Origin: a virus | IMG/VR virus record: IMGVR_UViG_3300036852_000742 | Location: 17,121 to 81,120 of that record | Direction: 5' to 3' (one strand) | DNA length: 64,000 bases | In this document: piece by piece, positions 1 through 9,886 of the stretch | Numbering within the stretch: the stretch's first letter is position 1 | How the letters are laid out: every line of letters starts with the position of its first letter | The notes under the pieces: generated by a model | The model's database searches: none | What the model saw: only the letters and a program-made list of their open reading frames with translations | Told to the model about the DNA's origin: nothing | Position numbers and translations under genes: made by a program

Positions 1-673
1 GTTCACAGCCGCAGTCAAGGCCAGGGACCAGGAACGGGTGGAGGATGTCGAGCGGGCCGAGTAGCGGCTCGCAGGACACCCACCGGACGGCGGCGGGGGT
101 GTCACACAGCGCCGGAAGTCTCAGCAGCGCCGTCGCGTCATCCTCGGCGCTGGCACCCATCCACACGTTGGACAAGGGCCACGTCAACGTACAGGCGGCC
201 GCGTTCGCGAGTACTCGCCGCCGCTGCGGGCGGGTCAACGGCGTCGACTCGTCGCGGGCCAGCGCGTGCGCGGCGTCCTCAACCTGCTGGCGGAAGTCCG
301 GCCGACTGAATAGGGAGCGCATCCGGGCGTGGCGTTTGCTCAGCGGTTGGAAGATGTGCCACTGGGCTATCGCCATGACCGCGAACGCCTTGATGATGAT
401 CTCGTCGGGTACGGCCGGGTGAAGCCAGTCCGATAGCGAGTTGGGGAAGATCATGCGGGATCGGTTCAAACGCAACGGCAACGTCAACTGGTGCTCAAGG
501 ATCCGCAGCCCCGTTGTGCCACCGATGCCGGCCTTGTCGAAGCGCATCCCGGCGATCCGGAACGGGATGGTGCGCTCGATGTAGCAGTTGAGGCAACCCT
601 CAGAGACTTTGGTGCAGCCGTGGATGAAGTTCCACGTCCGGTCCGTCCACTCGATCTTGCTGTCGTCACCCAC
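1..673 (-). CDS. DUF5131 / phage Gp37-Gp68 family protein (3' end runs off window)
   Basis: Manual translation from GTG 673: MGDDSKIEWTDRTWNFIHGCTKVSEGCLNCYIE...IFPNSLSDWLH...HIFQPLSKRHARM; IEWTD-TWN and CxxxSxGCxNCY motifs typify this family. Confidence 0.85.
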   Translation of the reverse strand, partial: MGDDSKIEWTDRTWNFIHGCTKVSEGCLNCYIERTIPFRIAGMRFDKAGIGGTTGLRILEHQLTLPLRLNRSRMIFPNSLSDWLHPAVPDEIIIKAFAVMAIAQWHIFQPLSKRHARMRSLFSRPDFRQQVEDAAHALARDESTPLTRPQRRRVLANAAACTLTWPLSNVWMGASAEDDATALLRLPALCDTPAAVRWVSCEPLLGPLDILHPFLVPGLDCGCE

Positions 674-1598
674 TCCTACCGCCCGACCCGCCGTGACGTT
701 CTAACGGTTCGTCATCCTGTACATCGGCTTGCGCGACGGCGCCTACCCGGCCAGCCTTGTAAGCCAACGGCCAGATAGCTTTCACGAACAACGCCACCAC
801 TGGGGCGACGAACTCCAACGGAACCAAGTCGGCGTAATCACTATTGACCAGTGCCAGTGCGGCGGCATCCATGGCCTCTTTGAGCGGCATCGGTGATCCA
901 GTGTTGGCCGCTGCGCTCAGGGGTTCGTGACGTTCTGCCGGGCCGCGCAGCTCAGCGACGGTGATCCCGAGTCGCCCAGCGATGGTCGGGGTGATGAGGT
1001 TCCCGTCGTTGTCGAAGTGGTGATCGCGGAGCGCGAACACGGTTGGCGTGTCGTCGGCGACCCATGCGGTGGCCGTTCTGTTGACCATGACTAGTGCGGA
1101 CGGGTCTGGTGCGTTCTTGAGGTCGTCTTCGGTGATGGCGACAGGCCCCACCTTGGCCAGTAGTGCGGTGACGAGTCGCTCGTAAAGCTCACCGGGTGTC
1201 GGGTCGTCTTCGTCGAACTGGTCCCGTAGTCGCTCGATCATCCTGATCAGCCGGCGCGCGATAGTTCCCAGCTCGATAGCTGAATCCGAGAACTGGGATT
1301 TGGGTTGGCGGCCGAGGAGCCGGGTGTACTCCCGGAGTACCCCCTTGGCCGATTCCAGATCGATCGGGGGACGGACCCGGCGTGGGGAGCTACTGCCGGG
1401 CATAGGTGTGCCGTCGACGCGGGCCTGCAACTGTTCGGCGGTTTCGATCAGCCTGAGCGTCATGGCCCCGGTCGCCTCGGCGGCGATGCCGAACGCGGAC
1501 AGGTCCTCGGGCTCGGGTAGCAGCCCGAGGAATCGGTTGAGGACTGCCCGTGCGGCATTCAGGTCGACGAGGCGTCGCGCTGGGGGACTGTTGGGCAT
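666..1598 (-). CDS. hypothetical protein with internal ~60-aa duplication
   Basis: ORF 666..1691, likely start ATG 1598; stop overlaps next gene start. Confidence 0.6.
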   Translation of the reverse strand: MPNSPPARRLVDLNAARAVLNRFLGLLPEPEDLSAFGIAAEATGAMTLRLIETAEQLQARVDGTPMPGSSSPRRVRPPIDLESAKGVLREYTRLLGRQPKSQFSDSAIELGTIARRLIRMIERLRDQFDEDDPTPGELYERLVTALLAKVGPVAITEDDLKNAPDPSALVMVNRTATAWVADDTPTVFALRDHHFDNDGNLITPTIAGRLGITVAELRGPAERHEPLSAAANTGSPMPLKEAMDAAALALVNSDYADLVPLEFVAPVVALFVKAIWPLAYKAGRVGAVAQADVQDDEPLERHGGSGGRSG

Positions 1599-1618
1599 GG
1601 GGAACGCATCTCCTCTGG

Positions 1619-1963
1619 TTAGTGGGGCAGGAGCCCCGGTCGGAACTCCACCTGGCGGGCGGCGTCGGGGCCCAGGCGGGCCAGGACCCACATGAACACG
1701 GCGATCAGCGTTTCGGGGGCGGCGAGCAGCGCCGGCCGGCCGTCGAGGATCACCAGGTAGTGCAGTCCGCCCCGGTCGGGCAGGGTCAGGGTTGGGTACA
1801 TGTGCCCGTGGCTCGCTACTACCGAGGCGTCGTCGAGGTCGACGGGCCAGCGGTACTCCAGCACGCCGAGCCCAGCGGCGATCTGGAGCGCCTGGATCTG
1901 TTGCTGTGGTTTCGGCTTGCTCGTGTCGATTCCTGGGGTTTCAGGGGTTTCAGGGTCTGTCAT
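1619..1963 (-). CDS. hypothetical protein
   Basis: ORF directly downstream of consensus promoter at 2004-2034. Confidence 0.6.
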   Translation of the reverse strand: MTDPETPETPGIDTSKPKPQQQIQALQIAAGLGVLEYRWPVDLDDASVVASHGHMYPTLTLPDRGGLHYLVILDGRPALLAAPETLIAVFMWVLARLGPDAARQVEFRPGLLPH

Positions 1964-2003
1964 TGGGTCTCCCGTTCGGGGGGTGGTCACGTCTCAACGT
2001 CTC

Positions 2004-2034
2004 ATGTTACCCGCGTCATGGATGCGGGGCAATG
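2004..2034 (-). promoter_or_regulatory. phage consensus promoter (TTGCCC-17bp-TAACAT)
   Basis: Minus strand cattgccccgcatccatgacgcgggtaacat; one of 8 full copies. Confidence 0.75.
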
Positions 2035-2091
2035 CGTGGGGTCTGGCGTGTCGCGCCGTGCGGTCGGCCCGTCAGTGAAACACTGCATGTT

Positions 2092-2796
2092 GTGAGCACC
2101 CCACCCCGGGTCACCGCCGAGCAGGCCGCCGACGCCGTCGCCCGGATCCACGCACGCCGGCACGCCGTGGACGACCCCAACGCGCACCGCCTCGACGACG
2201 ACGCGCTTCAAACCCTGCTCTACCTGCGCCAGCACAGCGACGGGATCCCCGACACTGTCCGCCAGGCCGACATTGCCGATGCCCTGCTGCTTCGGGTGCA
2301 TCTGTGGTGGGAAGCGGAGTCGCTGGAGCTGTGGCTGCTCAAAATGGCTGCGCAGCTCGGGATCCCACACCGCCAGGTCGGCCGGGTGCTCGGCATCCGC
2401 ACCAGGCAGGGTGTGCGTGACCGCCGTGACCGCAAGGAAGCGCTGCTCGGCCCGGCCGGGGTGCCCGATGAGAAGCTGACCCGTGCCGGCCGCCGGCCCG
2501 CGACCGACGCTGACACCTGGCTCTCCCATAACGGCCCGCAGGTCCGGGCGCTCGCGTCGACGCTGCTGGCCAACCAGTCCCGGCTGCCCGACAGTGACTA
2601 CTTCGAGGACCTGGCCGTTGTACTGCCCGGCCCTCACGAATCTGCCCAGGTGGGTGCCAAAGTGATGGCCGTGCTTCGGCTGCTCATCGCCGAGTTGAGG
2701 TCGGAGACCGGATGCCTACCCGGCGACCTTAAGGAAACCCTCGCCTGGGGTACGGAGCTGGTCACCGAACACCGCAAGCTGCTCGGCCCGGCGTAG
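2092..2796 (+). CDS. hypothetical protein with HTH-like segment
   Basis: GTG 2092 in ORF 1792..2796; GIPHRQVGRVLGIRTRQGVRDR resembles an HTH. Confidence 0.6.
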   Translation: MSTPPRVTAEQAADAVARIHARRHAVDDPNAHRLDDDALQTLLYLRQHSDGIPDTVRQADIADALLLRVHLWWEAESLELWLLKMAAQLGIPHRQVGRVLGIRTRQGVRDRRDRKEALLGPAGVPDEKLTRAGRRPATDADTWLSHNGPQVRALASTLLANQSRLPDSDYFEDLAVVLPGPHESAQVGAKVMAVLRLLIAELRSETGCLPGDLKETLAWGTELVTEHRKLLGPA

Positions 2797-2806
2797 AGCC
2801 TGACCG

Positions 2807-3037
2807 TCAGTGTGGGCGTTTGGCTGCCAGGTCGGTGCGGGCGCCTTGGCCCGCCCGGCCCGCCATGAACGCGTCGACGGTGTCCGGGTACCACCACGGG
2901 ACGCGGTCGGCGAACTCCCCATCGCGCGGGCAGCGGGCGCTGCGCCACGCGTCTCGGGTCATGCCGGCACGGGCAGCAGCCTGTGCTCCGAGCAGGACCA
3001 GGCGCCCGTCGACGGTGATGACCATTCCGGTGACCAT
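2807..3037 (-). CDS. small DNA-binding protein (AlpA/excisionase-like)
   Basis: AAARAGMTRDAW...PWWYPDTVDAF...GQGARTDL pattern seen in small actinophage wHTH proteins. Confidence 0.55.
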   Translation of the reverse strand: MVTGMVITVDGRLVLLGAQAAARAGMTRDAWRSARCPRDGEFADRVPWWYPDTVDAFMAGRAGQGARTDLAAKRPH

Positions 3038-3043
3038 TCCGGT

Positions 3044-3373
3044 TCACGCTCCAACTGTGATGGTGACGCTGATCGTGAGGGTCCACGACGCGTTGTTGCT
3101 GCGGGCCTTGTTGCAGTGTGCGCAACTGGGCTGGACGTTCTCGTGGCGGTAACTTCCGCCCGGGACGATCCGGTCGGCTTCGAGCGTCTCGTAGGTCAAC
3201 ACGGCCGTGCAGTGCACGCATGCGCAGGTCTCGCCGTTGCCGTAGGTGCGCAGGAGCCAGAGCTTGCGGTTCTTGCGGTCCTGGTTGTTGCCGCGCTTCT
3301 CGCCGCCGGGGCGACGGGTGGTGGTGCAGGTCTTCGTGGTCCTCGTGCTCCGGGGGGTTGCGGTCCGTGTCAT
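3044..3373 (-). CDS. HNH endonuclease
   Basis: CVHC...EADRIVPGGSYRHENVQPSCAHCNKAR. Confidence 0.8.
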   Translation of the reverse strand: MTRTATPRSTRTTKTCTTTRRPGGEKRGNNQDRKNRKLWLLRTYGNGETCACVHCTAVLTYETLEADRIVPGGSYRHENVQPSCAHCNKARSNNASWTLTISVTITVGA

Positions 3374-3424
3374 ACCCCAACTTTAACACGGTACCGTGTG
3401 GAAGTCTATGGGGTCTGTGTCTTA

Positions 3425-4453
3425 TCACGCCGATTTCGCCGCCGAGAACATGGCGTGCCGACTGCGACTGGGGACTGCCGAGACAACGCGGACAGGGTCC
3501 ACGGCATCATCCCCAACCTGCTCAGAGCGACACGGACCACAGCTCCCCTCGAACTGCCCGCGATGGCCACGCCTGCACGGAGCCCGCGCCGGGGCAGGCA
3601 CATCCGGCGCAGGGAGCGTGCCCAGGTTCTCAGGCTGTAGCCGCCACCGAGCCGCGCCGAACACCGTCGACGCCGAGTCGTACCGCTCGCCGAGGATCCC
3701 GGCCAACAGCTTCGGCGACCAACCAGCGTCCAGTGCGTTCACAACCAGCCCAGCCAACTCGGCAGCGTTCGCCCCCCGTGGTTGGCGGGCCTTCGGCACC
3801 GACGCCAGCCGGTACGCGTCCGCAAGGACGATCTCTGCCGTCTCGGTTTGCTCCAGGGTTGGCACCACCACCTCCACCGGTTCGATTGGTGGTTGGTCGG
3901 TGAGCGTCTCTGGCTGTGGTGGTGGTGGTTCTAGGTCTTGGTTCTTCTCAACTACTAGTTCTTCTTCTCTATGTGGTGCGGATGAGCCATTTATGGGTGA
4001 GCCGTCGACGGATGAGCCATGGATGGCTGATCCGTGTATGGTTCCGTCCCAATCGTCTGTTTCGTTACCACCCCCCTGTAACTGGGGCATGGTCTGACCT
4101 GCGAAAACGGGCCGGAAGCTGACGTCCCACCGCCAGACGAACTTGCCAGTCTCAGGATCGTTGGTTCGGGTCTGTCGTAAATGTCCACGATTGCGTAGGC
4201 CGCGCAGCACCGTATCGACTGCTGCCCTCCCCAACTCCGGGGCGAGCCTGTCAATCCGCTGCCGGGAGCACCTGTACCCCGACTTCATCGTCAGCAGCGC
4301 CGCGAGCAGCGCCCGCTCACGCAGCGTCATCCCTTGGAAGCTGACACCAAGAGCCTTGTCGTCGTCGCCACGGTGGAGAGCGTTCGGCGAGATCAGGTAC
4401 CTGTCGGCGAGGGACTCGGCAAACACCGCAATCTCGATGTCGCCGCCGCTCAC
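3425..4453 (-). CDS. putative replication initiator (HTH, lambda O-like layout)
   Basis: N-terminal wHTH-like region (ELGRAAVDTVLRGLRNRGHL), central repetitive linker coinciding with 15-bp DNA repeats and an AT-rich tract. Confidence 0.6.
   Translation of the reverse strand: MSGGDIEIAVFAESLADRYLISPNALHRGDDDKALGVSFQGMTLRERALLAALLTMKSGYRCSRQRIDRLAPELGRAAVDTVLRGLRNRGHLRQTRTNDPETGKFVWRWDVSFRPVFAGQTMPQLQGGGNETDDWDGTIHGSAIHGSSVDGSPINGSSAPHREEELVVEKNQDLEPPPPQPETLTDQPPIEPVEVVVPTLEQTETAEIVLADAYRLASVPKARQPRGANAAELAGLVVNALDAGWSPKLLAGILGERYDSASTVFGAARWRLQPENLGTLPAPDVPAPARAPCRRGHRGQFEGSCGPCRSEQVGDDAVDPVRVVSAVPSRSRHAMFSAAKSA
3930..4040. repeat. four 15-bp degenerate tandem repeats plus AT-rich tract; candidate replication origin
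   Basis: gatgagccatttatg/ggtgagccgtcgacg/gatgagccatggatg/gctgatccgtgtatg at 3981-4040, next to AT-rich 3930-3975. Confidence 0.55.
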
Positions 4454-4648
4454 GATGCCCCTGCCCAGCTACGGCAAGGGGAACTCGGTGTAGTCATCTG
4501 CGCGACTCCCTTATCGATGGGGTCGCGTGCGAGAAAATCACCAAGTACACTGAAGGTGGACTTGGGTTCCCCCCCACGCATGGCTGCGAGGTCCATGCTC
4601 TCGCCGGATGCGGATCCGGCGAGAGCAGTTTTTTTGCCTACGCGCAGG

Positions 4649-4882
4649 CTATGCCGCGTCGACCTGGTTGGTGGTCTGTTCGCCGGGATCGGCGATCCCG
4701 AGCCGGTCCAGCTCGGCAAGGAGTAGGTCCCGCAGGAGCCCCGAGCGGCTGACCCGGCCACCTTCACACACGACGTCCATCCGGCGTAGCTCATCGTCGT
4801 GGAGGGTTAGACCGACCTGATTGGTGCGTCTGGGCATGGTGCTTCGGCGTGGTCCTCTACGCCTGGCCGGGTCTTCATGCAT
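4649..4882 (-). CDS. ribbon-helix-helix (CopG-like) regulator
   Basis: QVGLTLHDDELRRMDVVC-GRVSRSGLLRDLL. Confidence 0.65.
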   Translation of the reverse strand: MHEDPARRRGPRRSTMPRRTNQVGLTLHDDELRRMDVVCEGGRVSRSGLLRDLLLAELDRLGIADPGEQTTNQVDAA

Positions 4883-5129
4883 GGGCGACCTCCTCCATGA
4901 TCTTCGGTCTTGTCAACGATATACTACCGTTGGTGGTTGCGGGACCCCCGAACCGGACACGCCGGCCGACACCATCCCAGTTCCCCGGATGTCGCTCTGG
5001 GCGTTCCTGTACCCTGGCCCGTGTTCCCCTGCGCGTCCGGGGGGCCGATGGCAGGGGCCGCTGCGTACAACACGACCCTGCTGGTGGCGGCGCTACCCGG
5101 CTGGCCGTCACCTGACCGGACCCCACGCG

Positions 5130-5177
5130 CAGAATCCGCCCCACCGCCCAGACGGGCGGTGGGGCGGATCTGGTTTT
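5130..5177. terminator. strong stem-loop, probable terminator
   Basis: atccgccccaccgccc-agac-gggcggtggggcggat followed by ctggtttt. Confidence 0.6.
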
Positions 5178-5315
5178 GCGGCCGGTACAGCAGACAAGGG
5201 CAGGGCCCCGACGGGTCGCCGTGCAGGCACCGTGTGCGTACCCGCTCACCACGGCGGGTGCCGATGTGATGGACGGCCCGAAGGTGCCCACACACGCACA
5301 GCGGGTACGGGCCGG

Positions 5316-5837
5316 TCACAGCTCGACCAGGTTCAGGTCCAGCCGGGTGGGGACACCGGCGGCGAGCCCCACAGCCCGGCACACCCGTTGCAAGGTGGAC
5401 AGCAGCGGGTTCGCAGCCACCTCCACAAGGGCTATCGCGTTGCCGGTGACCCCGGCGTGGACGGCGACCGCCGGGCGGGACAAACCCCACGCCCGCCGGG
5501 CGGCCTCAAGCTGTGCCACCACCAACCACAAGTGGTGCCCGTCGGTGGGGGTCATCGCCGACAGCATCGCCACCGTCGGGTTCTTGGACAGGTCCGGGAA
5601 CCCGACGGGGGTCAGCGCCAGCCGTCGGCCAACATCAGCGCAGTAGTTCTGCACTGTGCTGGCGAGCCAGTGCATGGTGGTCGACGTTTCGAAGTCGAAC
5701 AGGACGGTCGGGTGCACCCCGCGCCGGGCGGCCATGGCGTCACGGGTCATCAGGTCCCGGCGGGCCGCCACCAGGCAGTCCCGTAGCTGCCGGCGGGCGT
5801 CCGTGTCCGCCGGGTCAATGTCGGGGGTGCGAGTCAC
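5316..5837 (-). CDS. tandem XRE-type HTH regulator
   Basis: Two HTH-like segments (LMTRDAMAARRGVHPTVLFDFE; GLSRPAVAVHAGVTGNAIALVE...NPLLSTLQRVCRAVG). Confidence 0.75.
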   Translation of the reverse strand: MTRTPDIDPADTDARRQLRDCLVAARRDLMTRDAMAARRGVHPTVLFDFETSTTMHWLASTVQNYCADVGRRLALTPVGFPDLSKNPTVAMLSAMTPTDGHHLWLVVAQLEAARRAWGLSRPAVAVHAGVTGNAIALVEVAANPLLSTLQRVCRAVGLAAGVPTRLDLNLVEL

Positions 5838-6274
5838 AGAGCTGCCGCCACGGTGACGTGGGTGATCTGCACGGGGTCCCAGATGACCGCTGCGACCCCA
5901 CCGCCGGGGGTGCCGGTGAGCGTGTAGTTCGCGGCTGTCACCCGCGTAGAGGCGCGCTCCTCCGGCCAGGTAGCGAGGGCGTAGTCGGCGCAGTCCGGGT
6001 GGTACGGGGCCGACCCGGTCACGATCGCCACCTCCGCCGCGACCACCTCCACCGGGCGGGGGACCACGAACACCGCCGGCCCGTCAGCACGGGTCCCGCA
6101 CAGTTGGCACCGCCGCCGGGCCATGCAGTCGTTGACCCTCGACTTGATGATCTCGCCGAACAGGGGAGTCCCGTCGGCGTCGATCACGGTCACGTACGGC
6201 ACGACCAGCCCGTTGTGCGACGGCCGGCCGTCGCACAACGGGGGGATGCCAGGACCGGTCGCTGTCACACTCAC
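5834..6274 (-). CDS. hypothetical protein (Cys/His, possible Zn binding)
   Basis: CQLCG...PYHPDCADYA; 4-bp overlap with next gene. Confidence 0.6.
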   Translation of the reverse strand: MSVTATGPGIPPLCDGRPSHNGLVVPYVTVIDADGTPLFGEIIKSRVNDCMARRRCQLCGTRADGPAVFVVPRPVEVVAAEVAIVTGSAPYHPDCADYALATWPEERASTRVTAANYTLTGTPGGGVAAVIWDPVQITHVTVAAAL

Positions 6275-6287
6275 GTGCCTCTCCTCC

Positions 6288-6800
6288 CTACAACGACCGG
6301 GTGTTGACGGTGGTCAACGCAGTCCGGACCCGGTTGACCGGCCAGTACGTCGCCTGCCCAACCAACCGCCGGCAGTGGGCTTCCGTTGCGGCGTGCTCCG
6401 GGCCGGTCCAGGTCCGGCACGCCCGGCAGGTGCGACGCCCGGCGACAGTCAACGCCCCGACGTCCTGGGCCAGGTCCTCGGTCTCAACCATGAGACGGAG
6501 CTGCTCGTTCACCCACGCCCGGTGGGTCTGCACGTGGGCGTCGGCCAGCGTCCCCCGGTATGAGGACCCAATATCGGGGTCCCGCACAAGGTCCCAATCG
6601 ACCTCGTGCGGGGCGCGCGTCGAGCTGTGCCAGCTCGCGGCTGTGTCGTTGTCGTCGATGTAATCGTGCGGCTCAGCCGCAACGAGACGCACCGCCTCCG
6701 CCTCGTCAGGGTCCCCTGCCGCGACCCACACCACATGCACGGTGGTCACTTCAACCATGACCGGGTACTCGTCCAGCTCGTGTGGCACCTGGGCAGGCAT
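6288..6800 (-). CDS. hypothetical protein
   Basis: ATG 6800 with GGAGG RBS. Confidence 0.55.
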   Translation of the reverse strand: MPAQVPHELDEYPVMVEVTTVHVVWVAAGDPDEAEAVRLVAAEPHDYIDDNDTAASWHSSTRAPHEVDWDLVRDPDIGSSYRGTLADAHVQTHRAWVNEQLRLMVETEDLAQDVGALTVAGRRTCRACRTWTGPEHAATEAHCRRLVGQATYWPVNRVRTALTTVNTRSL

Positions 6801-6840
6801 GGGCCACCTCCGGTCGGTTGTTGTGGTGTGTTCTCCGGGT

Positions 6841-7590
6841 TCATCCCGCATCGGTCACACCCCCGTTTCCGTACAACTCGTGCAGCCGGGCAAGGTAGCG
6901 ACGCTCGGCCTCGGCCGGTCCCCAGCCCTCAACCTTGACGCCCAGCGGGGGCACGTCCTCGACTGCGGCCCACGGCAACGGCGGCGGCGCCATGAGCGCG
7001 TCGCGCTCGTCATGGAGGATTCGGTTGTCGGCCTCCTTGACTTCGACCGGGCAGGTGTGATCGAGACCGAACCGGTCGCAGATGACAACCATCAACCGGT
7101 CCTCAGCCGCCTGGTACGCCGGCATTGCAGCTTTGAGTGGCCGGATCATGTCGCCCATGTACGCCTCGGTCGCGTCATGCAGGAGCGCCCACAGCGCGTG
7201 CTCAGGTGCGACTGCGTAGCTCATCAGCACGCAGTGCTCGGCCACCGAGTAGAAGCGACTGACGTGCCCGCCGTAGCGGCACAGCAGCGACAAGGCGTGC
7301 GCGATGTCCACGGGATCGACGTCGTTCACGTTTGGCGCGAGCGGATAGAAGGCACGCCCGGTGAAGGTCTGCATCCATGCCTGCATCCCAGTGGGGTCGG
7401 TGGCACGTAGCGCGGCGAGGATGTGCCCGAGGTGTGTGGGGGTGCCCCGAACATGGAAGGTGACCACGCCTGTGCGCGGGTCCTGGTGGGCAACAGCGTG
7501 CGGCTTCAGGCCGGGGCCTGCCCACTCGTCGACCAGCGCCTCGGCGTCGGCGGCGGTCGCGACCAGAAGCCGGTCTGATGACTCAGTCAT
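6841..7590 (-). CDS. HD-domain phosphohydrolase (YfbR/5'-deoxynucleotidase-like)
   Basis: DIAHALSLLCRYGGH..FYSVAEHC...ALLHDATEAYMGD...KEADNRIL. Confidence 0.85.
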   Translation of the reverse strand: MTESSDRLLVATAADAEALVDEWAGPGLKPHAVAHQDPRTGVVTFHVRGTPTHLGHILAALRATDPTGMQAWMQTFTGRAFYPLAPNVNDVDPVDIAHALSLLCRYGGHVSRFYSVAEHCVLMSYAVAPEHALWALLHDATEAYMGDMIRPLKAAMPAYQAAEDRLMVVICDRFGLDHTCPVEVKEADNRILHDERDALMAPPPLPWAAVEDVPPLGVKVEGWGPAEAERRYLARLHELYGNGGVTDAG

Positions 7591-8353
7591 TGGCCGCTGC
7601 CGATTCGACGTGTGGGCATCGGTAGCCCGACATCATCATCGGACACACGTCGGCCACGTACCGGTCGTGCGGCATGTGTTCGGCGGTGACACCCCTGGCC
7701 CGCCAGGCGGCGGCGTCGGAGTGGCCGTACATCTCTACCCAGGCATCGTCTTCCGTTTCGGCCTGGGAGCCTTCGAGCACCCCAAGCGGGCAGCCGCACG
7801 CCTCGCGGAACACCCACTGGGTACGCGTACGGCCACCGGGAACTGCCTCGGCCGCCGCGTGCGCCGCAACCTGCCGGTCGACGATCGCCAACAGGTGCTC
7901 GCCGTACTCGGTGTACACCTGCTTCACCTCATCGCTGTCTTCGGTGATCCGGATTGCGCCGGGGACACCACCGGGCCGCACCTTCAACCCTGGGATCACC
8001 TGCCCGGTTTTCGGGTCGGTGACCGACCCGTCAGCGCGGCGCTGGCCCCGCCCCAGCAACGCCTTCACGAACCTTTCCCGGACCTGGGTCACCTCCTGGA
8101 CCTCGTCCGGGTACTCCACCGCCACCCACCACGCCAACGCCTGTGGGTCGGCAACGAACGCGGCCTCTTTGGATACCGGCAGGACCACTGAGCCCAAGCC
8201 GGGCAGCTTCCACGACGGTGCGGTTCCCTGCTCGACCAGCTCGCGGGTGGCCTCCTCGTCCAGTGCGCGGCGAAACACCCCGGCCTGGCGCAGTGCTGCC
8301 GAAGCCAACGCCTGCAACCGCAGCACCTGCTCGATGCGCTCGCGGCGGTTCAT
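7583..8353 (-). CDS. hypothetical protein (recombination module)
   Basis: Coupled to upstream ATPase by 4-bp overlap. Confidence 0.6.
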   Translation of the reverse strand: MNRRERIEQVLRLQALASAALRQAGVFRRALDEEATRELVEQGTAPSWKLPGLGSVVLPVSKEAAFVADPQALAWWVAVEYPDEVQEVTQVRERFVKALLGRGQRRADGSVTDPKTGQVIPGLKVRPGGVPGAIRITEDSDEVKQVYTEYGEHLLAIVDRQVAAHAAAEAVPGGRTRTQWVFREACGCPLGVLEGSQAETEDDAWVEMYGHSDAAAWRARGVTAEHMPHDRYVADVCPMMMSGYRCPHVESAAAND

Positions 8354-9264
8354 GCCGCAGCGTCCGCAACAGCGTGGGACAGCGTCGCTGCCGTGGTGCG
8401 ACGCAGGAACGCGGCCCGCTCGCGCAGCAGGGCCTCAAGGCTGGTCAGTTGCCCATCAGGGCCGTAGACAACAGCGCTGGCCTGGCCGACAGCGTCCAGC
8501 TCCCGGAACTTGGCACCCAACTCCGGCGGGGTCCGGCCGTCTTCGAGGGCCCAATCCCGCACGGTGATCGGGTTGAGTGGTTGGCCGACAGCGTCGCGCT
8601 CCAACCACCGCAGGACGATCTCGCCGACTTCTTCGGTGGGCTTGTCGAAGGTCTTGTCCCGCAGCTCCGGGCAGATGCTCTTGGAGATCCGGGCAACGGC
8701 GTTGTCCATGTCGAGAATGACGTCGAACTCACTCTCGATGTTGTCGCGCTGCTCGGGTTTGAGACCGATCTTCCGTGGGGCCATCTTCCCGGCGGTGTTC
8801 AACTCCACCACGTACTCGGTTTTCACCCTCATAGTGACGATGAGGTGCCCCGGGTACCCCAGGACGGCGTCCATCATCTGCCGTTCGACCGGTCGCATCC
8901 GCTTCCAGCCCTCGAACGAGCTTGCGGCGGCGCCGACCTTGTCGAGCATGCCGTCTTCGCCGCCCCAGAACGGGGACAGCGTGTCGATGATCAACGGGTT
9001 GATGCCTTGTTCTGCGGCGGCGATCGTTGCGCGCGTCAGGTCCTCAGGGTCGAACGTGGCCATTGGTAGATGCCGGAAGGTGAACAGGTCGGCGTACTTC
9101 CGGGCACGGTGCCTGTCGGTGTCGATCAGGCCCGGGTTGTCGCCAAGTGCACGAGCGAGCGTCAGTGCGCTGAATGTCTTACCCGATCCTGATACGCCGG
9201 TCAGCGCCAAGCGGGCCCAGCTACCAGTCTTCACAGCCTGGACGAACTGGAACGGTGTGGTCAT
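8350..9264 (-). CDS. AAA-family ATPase, Sak4-like recombinase
   Basis: Walker A GVSGSGKT, Walker B LIIDTLS, HLIVTMRVKTEY, KIGLKPEQRDNIESEFD. Confidence 0.85.
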   Translation of the reverse strand: MTTPFQFVQAVKTGSWARLALTGVSGSGKTFSALTLARALGDNPGLIDTDRHRARKYADLFTFRHLPMATFDPEDLTRATIAAAEQGINPLIIDTLSPFWGGEDGMLDKVGAAASSFEGWKRMRPVERQMMDAVLGYPGHLIVTMRVKTEYVVELNTAGKMAPRKIGLKPEQRDNIESEFDVILDMDNAVARISKSICPELRDKTFDKPTEEVGEIVLRWLERDAVGQPLNPITVRDWALEDGRTPPELGAKFRELDAVGQASAVVYGPDGQLTSLEALLRERAAFLRRTTAATLSHAVADAAA

Positions 9265-9419
9265 TGGGGTCAGATCTCCTCAGTTGTAGTGGGTGACCGC
9301 CCCTGTTACCGTTGCAGAACGGTGCAGCCCCCCGGTTGTATCCGTCTCCGCGCAGCCCCCAGTCCTGCAACGCTCAGGGTTCCAGCCCCTGTTGCAGCGG
9401 TCCGGGGGTTGCGTGTTTT

Positions 9420-9836
9420 CTACCCCTTGGGCTTGAGTGGCCCACCCCCGCCTGGCGGTAGGGCTGGGGTCAGCGCCTTCCCGTCCCACTGGATCCGCCC
9501 ACCTTGCAGCAGCCAAGGGATGATCGTTGACAGCCGCCAGTAGATGACCCGCTGCCTGCCGATCGCCCTACCGTATGCGTCCGGTTTGGGCAGCTTCGTT
9601 GTCCCTGCCGTTGCCGGCAGGTTCCAGGCGTAGACGGTGTTGGGCTGACGTCCAGTCAGCTCGGCCACTCCGTCCACGCCGATCAGGGTCGTGTCCGAGA
9701 TCAGCGCGCCGTACTTCGCGTCGCCATCCAGGCCAGGGTCGGCGAGGACGGCGCGGATCTTGGCCAGGGCGAGGTCGTTCACCGTGGCCGGGTCGAGGAC
9801 CTCGTCGTCGACCACGTTGGACTCCATCGTGCTCAT
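9420..9836 (-). CDS. HTH DNA-binding protein
   Basis: IGVDGVAELTGRQPNTVYAW...LPKPD...YWRLSTIIPW; GGAGG RBS; own promoter. Confidence 0.65.
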   Translation of the reverse strand: MSTMESNVVDDEVLDPATVNDLALAKIRAVLADPGLDGDAKYGALISDTTLIGVDGVAELTGRQPNTVYAWNLPATAGTTKLPKPDAYGRAIGRQRVIYWRLSTIIPWLLQGGRIQWDGKALTPALPPGGGGPLKPKG

Positions 9837-9886
9837 GAGGGGTAGCACCTCCTTCTCTGTGTGTTGGGGCTGGCCAAGCCGTCCCT

